A stretch of 64,000 nucleotides of DNA. Origin: Spirochaetia bacterium (GTDB lineage: Bacteria; Spirochaetota; Spirochaetia; SZUA-6; Bin103). The notes beneath the pieces are model-generated. The model worked only from the letters and a program-made list of their open reading frames with translations. It ran no database searches and had not been told where the DNA came from. The translations under genes were made by a program, and so were the position numbers. This document shows positions 19,797-29,227 of the stretch, in pieces (the first letter of the stretch is position 1; each line of letters opens with the position of its first letter). The stretch spans positions 160,001 to 224,000 of the forward strand of contig CBDBOV010000001.1 of NCBI GenBank assembly GCA_965208575.1, read 5' to 3'.

Positions 19797-21089
19797 TCAC
19801 CCTGCCGCCGCCGGGTCGGGGTGGCCGGCGTCGGGCTGCACGGTTTGCCCCTCGTCCTGCTCACACTCCGGGCCGGCCTCCAGGATGGCGTCTATGCGGT
19901 CGGCGATGAGTTGGGCCGGGCCGCGGAGCTGGCCGATGGTCCAGTCGGCCGCGTAGCCCTCGGTCACGTCGGTGGGGCGGGCGTGGTTGACCAGCCGCTT
20001 GGTCAGCGAACGCGGCAGGGTCAACTCGCGGTCGGCGATCGTGATCAGGCAGTTGCGGAAGCCGTGGAACCAGAACTTCCTGCCGCCCGCGCGCGAGATG
20101 CGGGCATACAGGTGGGTGAGCACCGACACGTGGCCCGACCGGCTCGCCGGCGACGGGAACACCCAGCCGGTGCCGCCGGTCTCGCTGCGCCGCCATTCCA
20201 GGATCGCCGCAAGCTGCCGGGTAATCGGCAGTTCGAGCGGGGTACCGGTCTTGGTGTGCGGCACGTGCACGACGCCGCGGGCCAGGTCCACGCGCTCCCA
20301 GCGCAGCGTCAGTATTTCGCCCCGCCGCATCCCGGAGTACATGGCAACCCAGAAGATCGAGCGGGTCGCCGGGTCCTTCACCACCGCCTCGATGCCGCGC
20401 TGCCAGTAGGGCAGGGCTTCCGCGGGCGACGAGATCACCCGCCGCACGATCGGGTTGAACCGCCCGCCCGCGGCCAGCCACAGGTCGACCGGGTTGCGCA
20501 GGCCCTCGTGATCGACGCAGGCGCGGCGGTAGATGGAGCGCAGGAGCGAGATCACCTGGTTGCCGATCGCCCAGCCGTGCTCCCTGGTGAGCAGGATGAA
20601 GCGCGCCTCCACCTCGCGGCGCCCGATGGCATTCAGCGGGCGCGACACCCAGTCGGCGAGATAGTGCTCGATGGCGCGGTGGTAGGCGTCGCCGGTCTTT
20701 GCCGAGCGGTAGGACTTGGCGCTCATGAAGTCGCCGAACGCCTCGCACAGCGTCGGCATGCTCCGCGCCCGCGCGCGCTTGTCCGCCGGATCCTGGCCAT
20801 CGGCCACCTTGCCGAGCATCTGGCGGGCGATCCGACGCGCCTGCTCGGGCGTCACGGGGCCGAAGCGCCCGATCACCACGCGCTTGTTGGGCGCCTTGCG
20901 TCCGCCGTCGCCGGCGCGGTAGTTGACGATGAACGACTTGAGCCCCGAGGGCTGGACGCGAACGCCGAACCCGATGAGCTTGTCGTCCCATGCGATGAAC
21001 GCCTTGGCGGACGGCTCCAGCGCCGCGACGTTCCGTTTGTTCAGCGTCAGCCTGAGCCGCGCGGTACGCTTCCCGGTCGTCAATTCCAT
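19797..21089 (-). CDS. Tyrosine integrase, P4/IntA type with arm DNA-binding domain (intact copy 1)
   Basis: WDDKLIGFGVRVQPSGLKSF..YR...KRVVIGRFG arm domain; catalytic R (GMRRGE), K (TKTG), HxxR (HGFR), H (VNH), Y (TEGY). Confidence 0.95.
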   Translation of the reverse strand: MELTTGKRTARLRLTLNKRNVAALEPSAKAFIAWDDKLIGFGVRVQPSGLKSFIVNYRAGDGGRKAPNKRVVIGRFGPVTPEQARRIARQMLGKVADGQDPADKRARARSMPTLCEAFGDFMSAKSYRSAKTGDAYHRAIEHYLADWVSRPLNAIGRREVEARFILLTREHGWAIGNQVISLLRSIYRRACVDHEGLRNPVDLWLAAGGRFNPIVRRVISSPAEALPYWQRGIEAVVKDPATRSIFWVAMYSGMRRGEILTLRWERVDLARGVVHVPHTKTGTPLELPITRQLAAILEWRRSETGGTGWVFPSPASRSGHVSVLTHLYARISRAGGRKFWFHGFRNCLITIADRELTLPRSLTKRLVNHARPTDVTEGYAADWTIGQLRGPAQLIADRIDAILEAGPECEQDEGQTVQPDAGHPDPAAAG

Positions 21090-21122
21090 GATTCCTGAAC
21101 GGTACCAGCACGATACGCTTTC

Positions 21123-21142
21123 ATCAACACGAGGTGCAACAC
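21123..21142 (+). repeat. Tandem CAACAC repeat (12-bp period) upstream of the integrase (candidate arm-type site)
   Basis: atCAACACgaggtgCAACAC; equivalents at 29083-29102 and 44717-44736 (reverse). Confidence 0.6.
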
Positions 21143-21266
21143 ACGTGTCATCATAGTGGAGATTGCCGGTCCGTGCGTTCTATAGATACACGGAAACGCC
21201 ACCAACAAGTCGTAGAGTCGCACCTCGGAACACACAGATAGACGTGGTTCAACGAATCAATTCTAT

Positions 21267-21310
21267 ATGACACAGAGGGTTGCACGCCCGATGAAATTCG
21301 CGGCGTTCAT
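21267..21310 (+). repeat. 44-bp invariant lipoprotein leader (candidate att core)
   Basis: ATGACACAGAGGGTTGCACGCCCGATGAAATTCGCGGCGTTCAT is identical at 29228-29271 (+), 44548-44591 (-) and 49025-49068 (-). Confidence 0.85.
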
Positions 21311-22502
21311 TTCGATAATCGTTTCCGTGGCGGTTCTGTTCGCCGCCTGCCAAGGCGCCGTAGGTCCCAAGGGCGATCCCGGCGCAGATGGCAAGGATGG
21401 CACGCACGGCAAGGATGGCGCACCCGGCACGCCGGGGGCACCGGGCGAGCCGGGCCCGTCGGCTCTATACAAGACGTTTGATGCGTCCAATTACGCCGTG
21501 TACCTCAACAATGGCACGGTGGCGGACTCGGCGGGAGATCCGGTGATGGTTACCCTCAGCGAGCTTTTCAACGGCGGTATCGGAGAAGTCACCGTCAGTG
21601 ATCTCGGAACTCCTCTTAGTGCCGATGGAAGCTCCATTGCCGAGGCCGAGAGGATCTTCACCGCTGAGGTAGAGAATGGTGTTGTGACGTTCGCCGTTCG
21701 GATGGACAACGCCGATCCGCCGGCGCCGGCAGTTGCCAGCAACCAGTATGTTGTTAACAATTACCCCGTTACGATTGCTGATGACGCTGGGCCGGACCTG
21801 ACGCTAACCTTGTCCGTGCGACGGAATCAGCCGCCAGTGGCGCCCACTTTGGACGCTTTTTCCTTGGGTACCGACGACGCAGAGTTGGATAATGCACGAA
21901 CCGCCACCAACTTGAGTTGTGATACCCAGCACGAGTGCACCCTCACCGTTCCTGGTACCGATCCCAACACAGCCACCGGCGATATGTTGAGCTATGCTAC
22001 CGACTTCGAAAGCAACGCATTTGAGGTCGTAAGTGTTAAAGGTAACCAGATCGTCTTCCGCGGTCTGTCAACGACCAGCGATGGTGACGCCGCGACCACC
22101 GACGATTCCGTCGAAGTCACAGTTACGATTACCGACATGGGAGGTTTGGAAACCGAGGCAACTGTGGACGTGACAGTCGACGAAGCACCTCGCGGTAACA
22201 TACCGAATTTGAGCACGAAGTACGGCACGGGATCAGTGCGAACCCTGATCACTGACTTGGATGGGTTCTTTTCGGACCCGGACGGTGACGACGCCGCCCT
22301 CACTTATGAACTCAAGCCCAATGTCGTAAAAGCAAATATTGCGACGGTCACTGTTGCGGAGGTTGGCGGCCTGTATACCATGACGGTTACCCCGACCTCT
22401 TCTAACGGCGGTTCGACCGCCGTGACGATAGTCGCGATGGAGCCATCCGGCGGTCTGACGCAGAGTGGGGAAGCAACATTTACACTCACGGTGAACCAGT
22501 AG
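21267..22502 (+). CDS. Variable lipoprotein 1 (lipobox, collagen-like linker, Ig/cadherin-like beta domains)
   Basis: LFAAC lipobox; Gly-X-Y run; C-x5-C motif; T/V/D-rich beta strands. Confidence 0.9.
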   Translation: MTQRVARPMKFAAFISIIVSVAVLFAACQGAVGPKGDPGADGKDGTHGKDGAPGTPGAPGEPGPSALYKTFDASNYAVYLNNGTVADSAGDPVMVTLSELFNGGIGEVTVSDLGTPLSADGSSIAEAERIFTAEVENGVVTFAVRMDNADPPAPAVASNQYVVNNYPVTIADDAGPDLTLTLSVRRNQPPVAPTLDAFSLGTDDAELDNARTATNLSCDTQHECTLTVPGTDPNTATGDMLSYATDFESNAFEVVSVKGNQIVFRGLSTTSDGDAATTDDSVEVTVTITDMGGLETEATVDVTVDEAPRGNIPNLSTKYGTGSVRTLITDLDGFFSDPDGDDAALTYELKPNVVKANIATVTVAEVGGLYTMTVTPTSSNGGSTAVTIVAMEPSGGLTQSGEATFTLTVNQ

Positions 22503-22587
22503 GATGTATCGTTGCCCGTAGCGGTCGTGTTGAGGTGAGTATCCACTTATTGTGACATGACTTGCTGATACGCTAGGCCGAATATCG

Positions 22588-22633
22588 AGGCCCCGTGAGC
22601 AGCCTGAGAAGGCCGCATCGCGGGGCCTTCTTT
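22588..22633 (+). terminator. Intrinsic terminator after lipoprotein 1
   Basis: AGGCCCCG...CGGGGCCT followed by TCTTT. Confidence 0.7.
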
Positions 22634-22936
22634 CATTCTCGATCACAGCGTTCACGGCAGTCTATCGAGAGTCGGACCAGAGGCGGTGTGTAGCCCACAG
22701 GTCGTCGTCCCCAACCCAACCGGAACCACGCGTGGCCATGTGAAGGAATCCCCTGCACGGAACCTATGTACGCCTGATCGTGGACGTTTTGTGGACGATC
22801 CGGCTACGGTACGTGTGCAACTGGTATACCGTGGCGTTAGGATCTCCCACGATCTGTCTTGAGATAGCGTGTATATTACATCATGAATTCCGTGGGTGCT
22901 CCCGCTCTGGACATTGTCAGGCGCGCGCCGCGCGCA

Positions 22937-23952
22937 TGGCGGGCTTGGTGACATTTGTGGTCGTCGGGGCGCTGGGGGCGCTGTCGGTAGGCGAGGTTGC
23001 GGCGCAGGACACTGACGTGCCGGCGGTGAGCGGGGTCAGCATGTCCAGCGCGCCCGCGAGCGGCGACACCTATCAGCGCGGCGATCCGATCGAGATCAGG
23101 GTGGACTTCGACCGGCTGGTCTCGATCACCGGAACTCCGCAGATCAACCTCACGGTGGGGGGCAACACGCGTGCCATCGGGATCACGAGCCCCGCCGTCC
23201 ACTTCCGGTCAAGCACCAGTTCGCTGTTCTTCAAGTACACGGTGGTGGCGGCGGACAGCGACTCCGACGGCATCAGCGTCGCCGCCAATGCGATCCGCCT
23301 GAACGGCGGCAGCATCAAGGCGGCTGCCGACGGCACCACCGACGAGGACCTGGCCCACGCGGCGCTGTCTCCGGGTTCGGGCCACAAGGTGGACGGCGGC
23401 AAGAACGACGTGCCGGTGGTGACCAGCGTCGCCTTCGTCGGCTCGCCGGCGGGCGGAGACACCTACGAGCTCGGCGAGACGATCGAGTTGAAGGTCAAGT
23501 TCCACCGGTTCATCAAGAATTCGGGCGGCCAGCAGGTGGCGCTGACCATCGGTGGGCAGACCGCGCTCGCCAGCCACTCCCACGGTCGCGGACGCCTCGG
23601 CGGGATTACCGAGATCTACTTCGACTACGACGCCGACGGGATCAGCATCGCGGCGAACGCGATCCGGCTCAACGGGGCTACATCAGGGCTGCTTCCGACA
23701 GCAGCCTGAACGCCAATCTGTCGCACGCCGCGGTGTCCGACGACGCCACCGGCAAGGTGGACGGCACCATGCGCACGGCGCCGGCGGGCGGCGGGCCGCC
23801 GCACGGGAGCGCCGGCTTCGACGTGACCTGGAGCTGGACGACTACCGCGCCGGCACCGCGCAGCCGGTGGAGTTCGGCTGCGTGGCGCCGGCCGGCGTCT
23901 CCGACTCCGGCCGGCGCATCACGTACGCGATTGCCGAGGGCGACCGCTCGAC
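22937..23952 (+). pseudogene. Internally deleted copy of the giant adhesin
   Basis: Matches about 31043-31898, jumps to about 35077-35258, then ends. Confidence 0.9.
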
Positions 23953-24044
23953 GCTGGCGCCGCGGCGTCCGAAACAGCTCGTCCTGCCGTTTCTTCTCAC
24001 TCGCCTGCCTCTCCAGCGCCTCGATGCGGCGTTCGTGATCGCCG

Positions 24045-24362
24045 TCAAGACTGCGCGATGGCCTTGGTGGATCCGCCTTCCATTCCGTCACGGATGACCC
24101 GTTCGCACCAGACGAATAACAGGACATAGAGCAGAGCAACCGCACAACCGTGAGAGGTCAGTTCGAACGGGTCCAAGTCTACGGTGGCGTCTTGCGCTTG
24201 CCCAATGAGCTCGAACAGAGGAAATACGACAGGTATCGTGGCGAGGGTCGCAACCACGAGCAGGCTTAGCATCGTGAATATGCGGATGAACGGAGCTAGC
24301 GTCCTGCCTCGCTCGTCCGCGAGCCGGCCCGACACGATCGCGCACGCCGTCCCGACGATGCC
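24045..24362 (-). CDS. Small membrane protein
   Basis: Two or three hydrophobic segments; start uncertain. Confidence 0.4.
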   Translation of the reverse strand, partial: GIVGTACAIVSGRLADERGRTLAPFIRIFTMLSLLVVATLATIPVVFPLFELIGQAQDATVDLDPFELTSHGCAVALLYVLLFVWCERVIRDGMEGGSTKAIAQS

Positions 24363-24397
24363 CCATCACTATGTAGTACTGTGGCGGCGGAAGCAGA

Positions 24398-24982
24398 TTA
24401 GCAGGTAACAGCGGCGGCATCATTGGCCGCCGCGGGCCGCGCGATACTCACTCCGGCTTCGAAGTGCTTTATACGATCGGCGAAGAGCTTCCTCCCCGTC
24501 CTCGGTGCTTTGGTGCAATCCACCATCCGATACTTCCGCGTACCGTTGTCGAGGTGTCTGGACAGGTACGCCTTCCTACCCCGATCTATGATCTTGAAGT
24601 GCTCCTCACTACGCCAGTCGGCATCCTCGGGCAAGACGAACACCTGCAGGCGATCGCCATACTTGTTGGCCACGTCCGTGAGCCCGTTCGGTTCATCCAT
24701 GTTGAACAGGACCCTTACTTGGGCACCGTCCTTCAGGCGCTCGACAAGAGCAGCGATCACCCGAGGATCCCGGTAAAGCGTTGGGCCTCGATCCCCGTCG
24801 TCGTGGATCATGATCTCTTGCTTCATCGTGCGAACAAGGTCAAGGAACCACTCGATGGCCTGAGCATCATCGTTGGTTCCCTCGACTACTCGTATCAGGA
24901 GGCGGACGCAGGCTCTGAACACCAGGATGGCAGACACGATAGCTGCCGCCCCGCAGACCACGACGAACACGTACACGTACAT
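24398..24982 (-). CDS. Membrane-anchored protein with a PLD-like fold (single H-x-K-like motif)
   Basis: N-terminal TM; EIMIHDD, GAQVRVLFN, EHFKIID..AYLS; AAGGGG before the ATG at 24982. Confidence 0.55.
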   Translation of the reverse strand: MYVYVFVVVCGAAAIVSAILVFRACVRLLIRVVEGTNDDAQAIEWFLDLVRTMKQEIMIHDDGDRGPTLYRDPRVIAALVERLKDGAQVRVLFNMDEPNGLTDVANKYGDRLQVFVLPEDADWRSEEHFKIIDRGRKAYLSRHLDNGTRKYRMVDCTKAPRTGRKLFADRIKHFEAGVSIARPAAANDAAAVTC

Positions 24983-25287
24983 ATGCGATGCCCCTTGTGA
25001 ATACGTGCGCAACCGGCGCACCCTACTTGCCATTATCGGGGAAGCGACCCAGGACGGACAGGGCCAGGAGATCGTCCGGCGGGTTCCCGGAGCGACCCGA
25101 ACCGCCTCATCGCTCGCTGCTGAATCAAGGGCAATCGAACCACGGAGTACCCGATGGCCCGCCTTGCCGAGTTCCGTCAGACGGATTGATTGCACATAAC
25201 TACATGCTCTATAATATGTTATCGCCTACTCAAAAAGTGAGCGTTCTCGGGGTGTCCCCGGGGCCTTTACCACCGCCTCGATGCCGC

Positions 25288-25500
25288 AGCACCTGTGGCT
25301 GTTCGCCGACCGTACCTCGACGGCGACGACGGGTGCCAATCAGATACGGCTGTACTTCTCCGCCTTTGCCGGCATCCTGTCGACGACCCTGCGCCGCGCG
25401 GGACTGCAGGGAACCGAGCTTGCCAACGCGCGCTTCGACACCGTCCGCGCGCGGCTGATCAAGCTCGCGATCGCGTGGGGAGCGGCTTCCGCTCGGGATA
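25288..25500 (+). pseudogene. IS1380-family transposase C-terminal relic
   Basis: LFADRTST...ANQIRLYFSAFA...LQGTELANARFDTVRARLIKLA; preceded by a 27-bp integrase sliver at 25261-25287. Confidence 0.8.
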
Positions 25501-25542
25501 GATGATGAGAGCCTTGAATGGTTCGGCCACGGGGGCCTCCCG

Positions 25543-25735
25543 TGGCCGCGGAGCTGGCCGATGGTCCAGTCGGCGGCGTAGCAGTAGCCCTCGGTCACGT
25601 CGGTGGGCCGGGCGTGGTTGACCAGCCGCTTGGTCAGCGAACGCGGCAGCGTCAACTCGCGGTCGGCGATCGTGATGAGGCAGTTGCTGCGGAAGCCGTG
25701 GAACCAGAACTTCCTGCCGCCCGCGCGTGAGATGG
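25543..25735 (-). pseudogene. Integrase 3' relic
   Basis: ISRAGGRKFWFHGFR...TEG(YC)YAADWTIGQLRG. Confidence 0.9.
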
Positions 25736-25758
25736 GGGCAGGATCTGTAAAACGGTGG

Positions 25759-25857
25759 TTGCCACTATCGTCAACAGGTGTTATATAAGTAGGTAGATTT
25801 ACTCCCCGCTCGCTGGAGGTGGTCTTTGCACCACTCTCCCCGAGCGGGTGTTTTTTT
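25759..25857 (+). promoter_or_regulatory. Candidate promoter plus stem-loop and T-tract leader upstream of the NYN gene
   Basis: TTGCCA-17 bp-(TGt)TATATA, then CCCGCTCG...CGAGCGGG with an inner stem, then T7. Confidence 0.55.
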
Positions 25858-26522
25858 ACTCGTTCATATCAGGTTAATCTTTGTAGTACATACCTTTATT
25901 ACCATTCAGTACTCTTCATACTATTGTTATAAGAACCTCAGGAGGGTACTTGATGCGTACTGCTGCATTCATCGACGGCCAGAACCTCTACCACTTGGCT
26001 AGGAACGCTTGGTCCCGCAACCCATCAGACCAGTACGGCTGGCCCAGTTACGACGTTGAGAAGCTGTCGACAGCGCTCGTTCAGCAGGCCTTTGGTTGCG
26101 GTCTCTCTCAAATTCACTTCTACACAGGTGTCCCGCCTACTGGACCGTGGCACCGTTTCTGGAGCAACAAGATCCGGGTTCTAAAGAATAAAGGGATCTA
26201 CGTCTATCGGGGACGAGTACGACAACAACCTGGGGGCCAAGGCCAAGAGAAAGGCGTAGATGTGAGTCTATCCATCGATATAGTGAGAAACTTGACGTGG
26301 ACCCGATAGGTTGGACAGTGGATGGGATATTGTAGAGTGCATCTCGTTCGTTGTCAACCCACCCTCCTGGTCGAGATGATCAGGCGGCGGTAATGGGGGT
26401 GGGGTCCGGGGAGGGGGTGAGCGAGCCTGTGGATATGTGGATACTTCGTCCCCACTGCTCGCGCTCCCGTTGGTCCTCGGATGCCCTTGCACCCCATGCC
26501 AACCGCCTGCCGTTCCTGTTCG

Positions 26523-27359
26523 CTACGCCACCTCCTGCTGTTGTTCCGCCACCCCGTCGCGGTACGCTTCCGCGGGCGTACGCCCGCCGAGCGCCGAGTG
26601 TGGTCGGGTCTCGTTGTAGAATGCCATCCACCCGTCGATCACCCGCTGCGCCTCGAAGCCATCCTCCAAATCGTGCAGGTATACCGACTCGTACTTCAGC
26701 GAGCGCCACAACCGTTCGATGAATACGTTATCCAGACAACGACCGCGCCCGTCCATCGAGCACCGTATCCCGGTCGCCTCCAACTGGCCGGTGAACGCGA
26801 TGCTGGTGAACTGGCTGCCCTGATCGGTGTTGAAGATCTCGGGAATGCCGAAGTCTTCCAGAGCGTCCGCCAACGCCTCCAGGCAGAAGGAGGTGTCCAT
26901 CGTGTTGGACAGCCGCCAGGCCAACACCCGCCGGCTCGCCCAGTCCATGATCGCCACCAGGTACAGAAATCCTCCCTGCACCGGGATGTAGGTCAGGTCC
27001 GCGCACCACACCTGGTTCGGGCGCTCAATCGTAAGCCCTCGCAGCAGATACGGATACACCCGATGGTCCGGGTGCGCGACGCTGGTGCGTGGCTTGCGGT
27101 AGATCGCCTCCAGCCCCAACAGCCGCATCAGCCGCCGCACCCGGTGCCGACCGACCCGCTTTCCCTCGCGTGCCAGATGGCGCATCATCTGCCGGCTGCC
27201 GTAGAACGGACATTCCAGATAAAGTTCGTCGATGCGGCGCATCAACGCGAGCGTGTCAGCGCTCTCGCCCACCGCTCGGTAGTACAGCGTCGACCGGTTC
27301 AGCCCGATCAGGCGGCACTGCCGGCTGATGCTCAGACGGTCGTGCTCGCGGTCGATCAT
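26523..27359 (-). CDS. IS3 OrfB transposase
   Basis: YGSRQM, WCADLTY, FNTDQGSQF, DNVFIERLWRSLKYE. Confidence 0.9.
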   Translation of the reverse strand: MIDREHDRLSISRQCRLIGLNRSTLYYRAVGESADTLALMRRIDELYLECPFYGSRQMMRHLAREGKRVGRHRVRRLMRLLGLEAIYRKPRTSVAHPDHRVYPYLLRGLTIERPNQVWCADLTYIPVQGGFLYLVAIMDWASRRVLAWRLSNTMDTSFCLEALADALEDFGIPEIFNTDQGSQFTSIAFTGQLEATGIRCSMDGRGRCLDNVFIERLWRSLKYESVYLHDLEDGFEAQRVIDGWMAFYNETRPHSALGGRTPAEAYRDGVAEQQQEVA

Positions 27360-27379
27360 CTCTCGTCGCTCGGCCCGGC

Positions 27380-27664
27380 TCAGCGCCCGAGCCCGCGTGC
27401 TAAAAAATCGCGCTCCACGGTCAACTCCCCGATCTTGGCATGCAGGTCGTGAATGGTCTCATCGTGCTCCTTCTGCCGCCGGCTCCGGCCGTCGGCGAAC
27501 AGGTCCCGCAGACCGGTCTGAGCCTGCCGCTTCCAACTGCTGATCTGGTTCGGATGTATTTCGTGCTTGGCCGCGATCGCCTGGATCGTACGGTCTCCCC
27601 GCAGCGCCTCCATCACTACCTTCGCCTTGAACTCCGCTGTGAACCGACGCCTCTTCGTCGCCAT
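27380..27664 (-). CDS. IS3 OrfA
   Basis: MATKRRRFTAEFKAKVVMEAL...KIGELTVERDFL. Confidence 0.9.
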   Translation of the reverse strand: MATKRRRFTAEFKAKVVMEALRGDRTIQAIAAKHEIHPNQISSWKRQAQTGLRDLFADGRSRRQKEHDETIHDLHAKIGELTVERDFLARGLGR

Positions 27665-28039
27665 CTTGCTGGCCCTCCTCGTGGCCTTGGATACACTCTA
27701 CCATACCGTCCGTTTTTCCGGGACCAGCTCAACTACCTACGGCCAAGAGTACGACGCAATACTAATTGTAAGCCAAGACTGGGATTATGGTCCTGCGGTA
27801 CGTCTGGCGAAGAACATCGCGCGAACGCAAGGTCGGCAGCTCGCGTTCGCATCGGCCTTCCCCTACCATCCTGGAATGCCCCAACGCGGAGTTCCAGGAA
27901 CAACGTGGATCCATATCGACAAAGCGCTCTACGATAGGTGTCACGACCCTACCGATTACCGCCTGTGAACCTGGTAAGGCTGGGCGGCGGCAACCCGCCA
28001 GGGGGCGCACGTCGCCAGAATCGGACGCCGGGGATTGTC

Positions 28040-28766
28040 CAAGTACCACCTTGCCGGTCGGCGCATCTTCCGCCATCGCCTCCCGCAACTGCCGCAGCAC
28101 GAAGGCGCACTCCGCCGGGTACTCCCCTTCCTCGATCGTCAGCACGTGTGCGTCACCCCGTCCGTTGCCCTTCACCAAGCCCTGGTCGAAGATCGCCAGC
28201 ACGCGCTCCAGCTCGTCCCGCCGCCGGCTCGCCAGCCGCGGGATCTGGATGATGTGGCTGCGGTGATGGATGCCCTCCACCAGTGGATGCTCGCCGCAAG
28301 CTCCCGCCCCGTGCGCCGCTCGGTCACCCGCGGACAGACGTCGATCACCGCTTCGTCCGACAGACCATCCGGGGCGTAGCCCAGGAAGTAGATCGTCACG
28401 ATCGGCACGCTTCGGCGCGGCCCGAAGGGAGGGTGAGGATGGTGTCCCCGCTGGCGACCGCTGGGCCAGGTAGCCCCGGAAGCGCTCGATCACGGTCTGC
28501 GCGTAGGCCTTCAGGATCTCGATCAGCACCTGCTGCTCGCTGCCGTCGCGGGTCTGAACCCGAGCCGCGAAGGTCATGCGCAGCAGCGTCAGCGGCAGGT
28601 CGTGCTCCGGGTCTTCGGGGGTGCGGCGCAAGGCCGTCCCCTTCGGGCTGACGGTGAGCGATTGCACCGCGAGGCCGGTGATCCTGCCGATCAGCAGGCG
28701 GGCGACGCGCTGGTTCTGCATCAGGTACGTCAACACCACGTCGTAGATCGGGTTGGCGACGTCCAC
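28040..28766 (-). pseudogene. Rpn/PD-(D/E)XK-like protein, frameshifted and truncated
   Basis: VANPIYDVV..YLM..RVARLLI, QVLIEILKA, PIVTIYFLGY, HIIQIPRL in shifting frames. Confidence 0.7.
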
Positions 28767-28890
28767 GCCAGCATTGAAACCTGCGGCCCGCGCGTTGCGT
28801 CAATCGCCTTGCCCGTGTTGCGGTGATCGGTGCGGCGGCGGTGTCATGCACCGACGGGCGTGCTCCCTGGTCTATTGCCGGGGTCGGGCG

Positions 28891-29049
28891 GAACGACTTG
28901 AGTCCCGAGGGATGGACGCGAACCCCGAACCCGATGAGCCTGTCGTCCCACGCGATGAACGGCTTGTCGGACGGCTCCGGCGCCGCCACGTTCCGTTTGT
29001 TCAGCGTCAGCCTGAGCCGCGCCGTGCGCTTCCCGGTGGTCGATTCCAT
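28891..29049 (-). pseudogene. Integrase 5' fragment (first about 53 codons)
   Basis: MESTTGKRTARLRLTLNKRN...SGLKSF. Confidence 0.9.
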
Positions 29050-29227
29050 GCCTTCTGAATGGCACCAAAATGATACGATTCGATCAACACGAAGAGCAAC
29101 ACCGGGTCCGCCTAGTGGCGATTGGGGTTTGATCGCGCCCGTCGTGTACACGGGAACGTCACGGATAGAACTACAATCTCGTCGCGCAGACACATCGATT
29201 GAAGTCGACCAAGGATCGATTTTTTCG

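Larger units (their letters stand above)
26293..27731 (-). mobile_element. IS3-family element (1439 bp) with a 3-bp ACT target duplication
   Basis: Ends TGACGTGGACCCG... and ...CCGGGACCAGCTCA; ACT at 26290-26292 and 27732-27734. Confidence 0.9.
25953..27968 (+). pseudogene. NYN (LabA/DUF88-like) ribonuclease interrupted by IS3
   Basis: FIDGQNLY...EKGVDVSL, then the IS, then YDAILIVSQDWDYGPAV...YDRCHDPTDYR; AGGAGG RBS. Confidence 0.9.

Noticed and set aside
1248-21089. Classical integron (IntI with attC cassettes)
   Set aside because: The integrase has an N-terminal arm domain and no visible IntI-specific insertion; I found no recurring attC-like RYYYAAC...GTTRRRY hairpins, and cargo is often cut mid-gene.
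28823-29227. N-terminal extension of the 571-aa ORF
   Set aside because: It is the antisense of the integrase 5' fragment plus the spacer; paralogues place the start at 29228 or the second Met at 29252.
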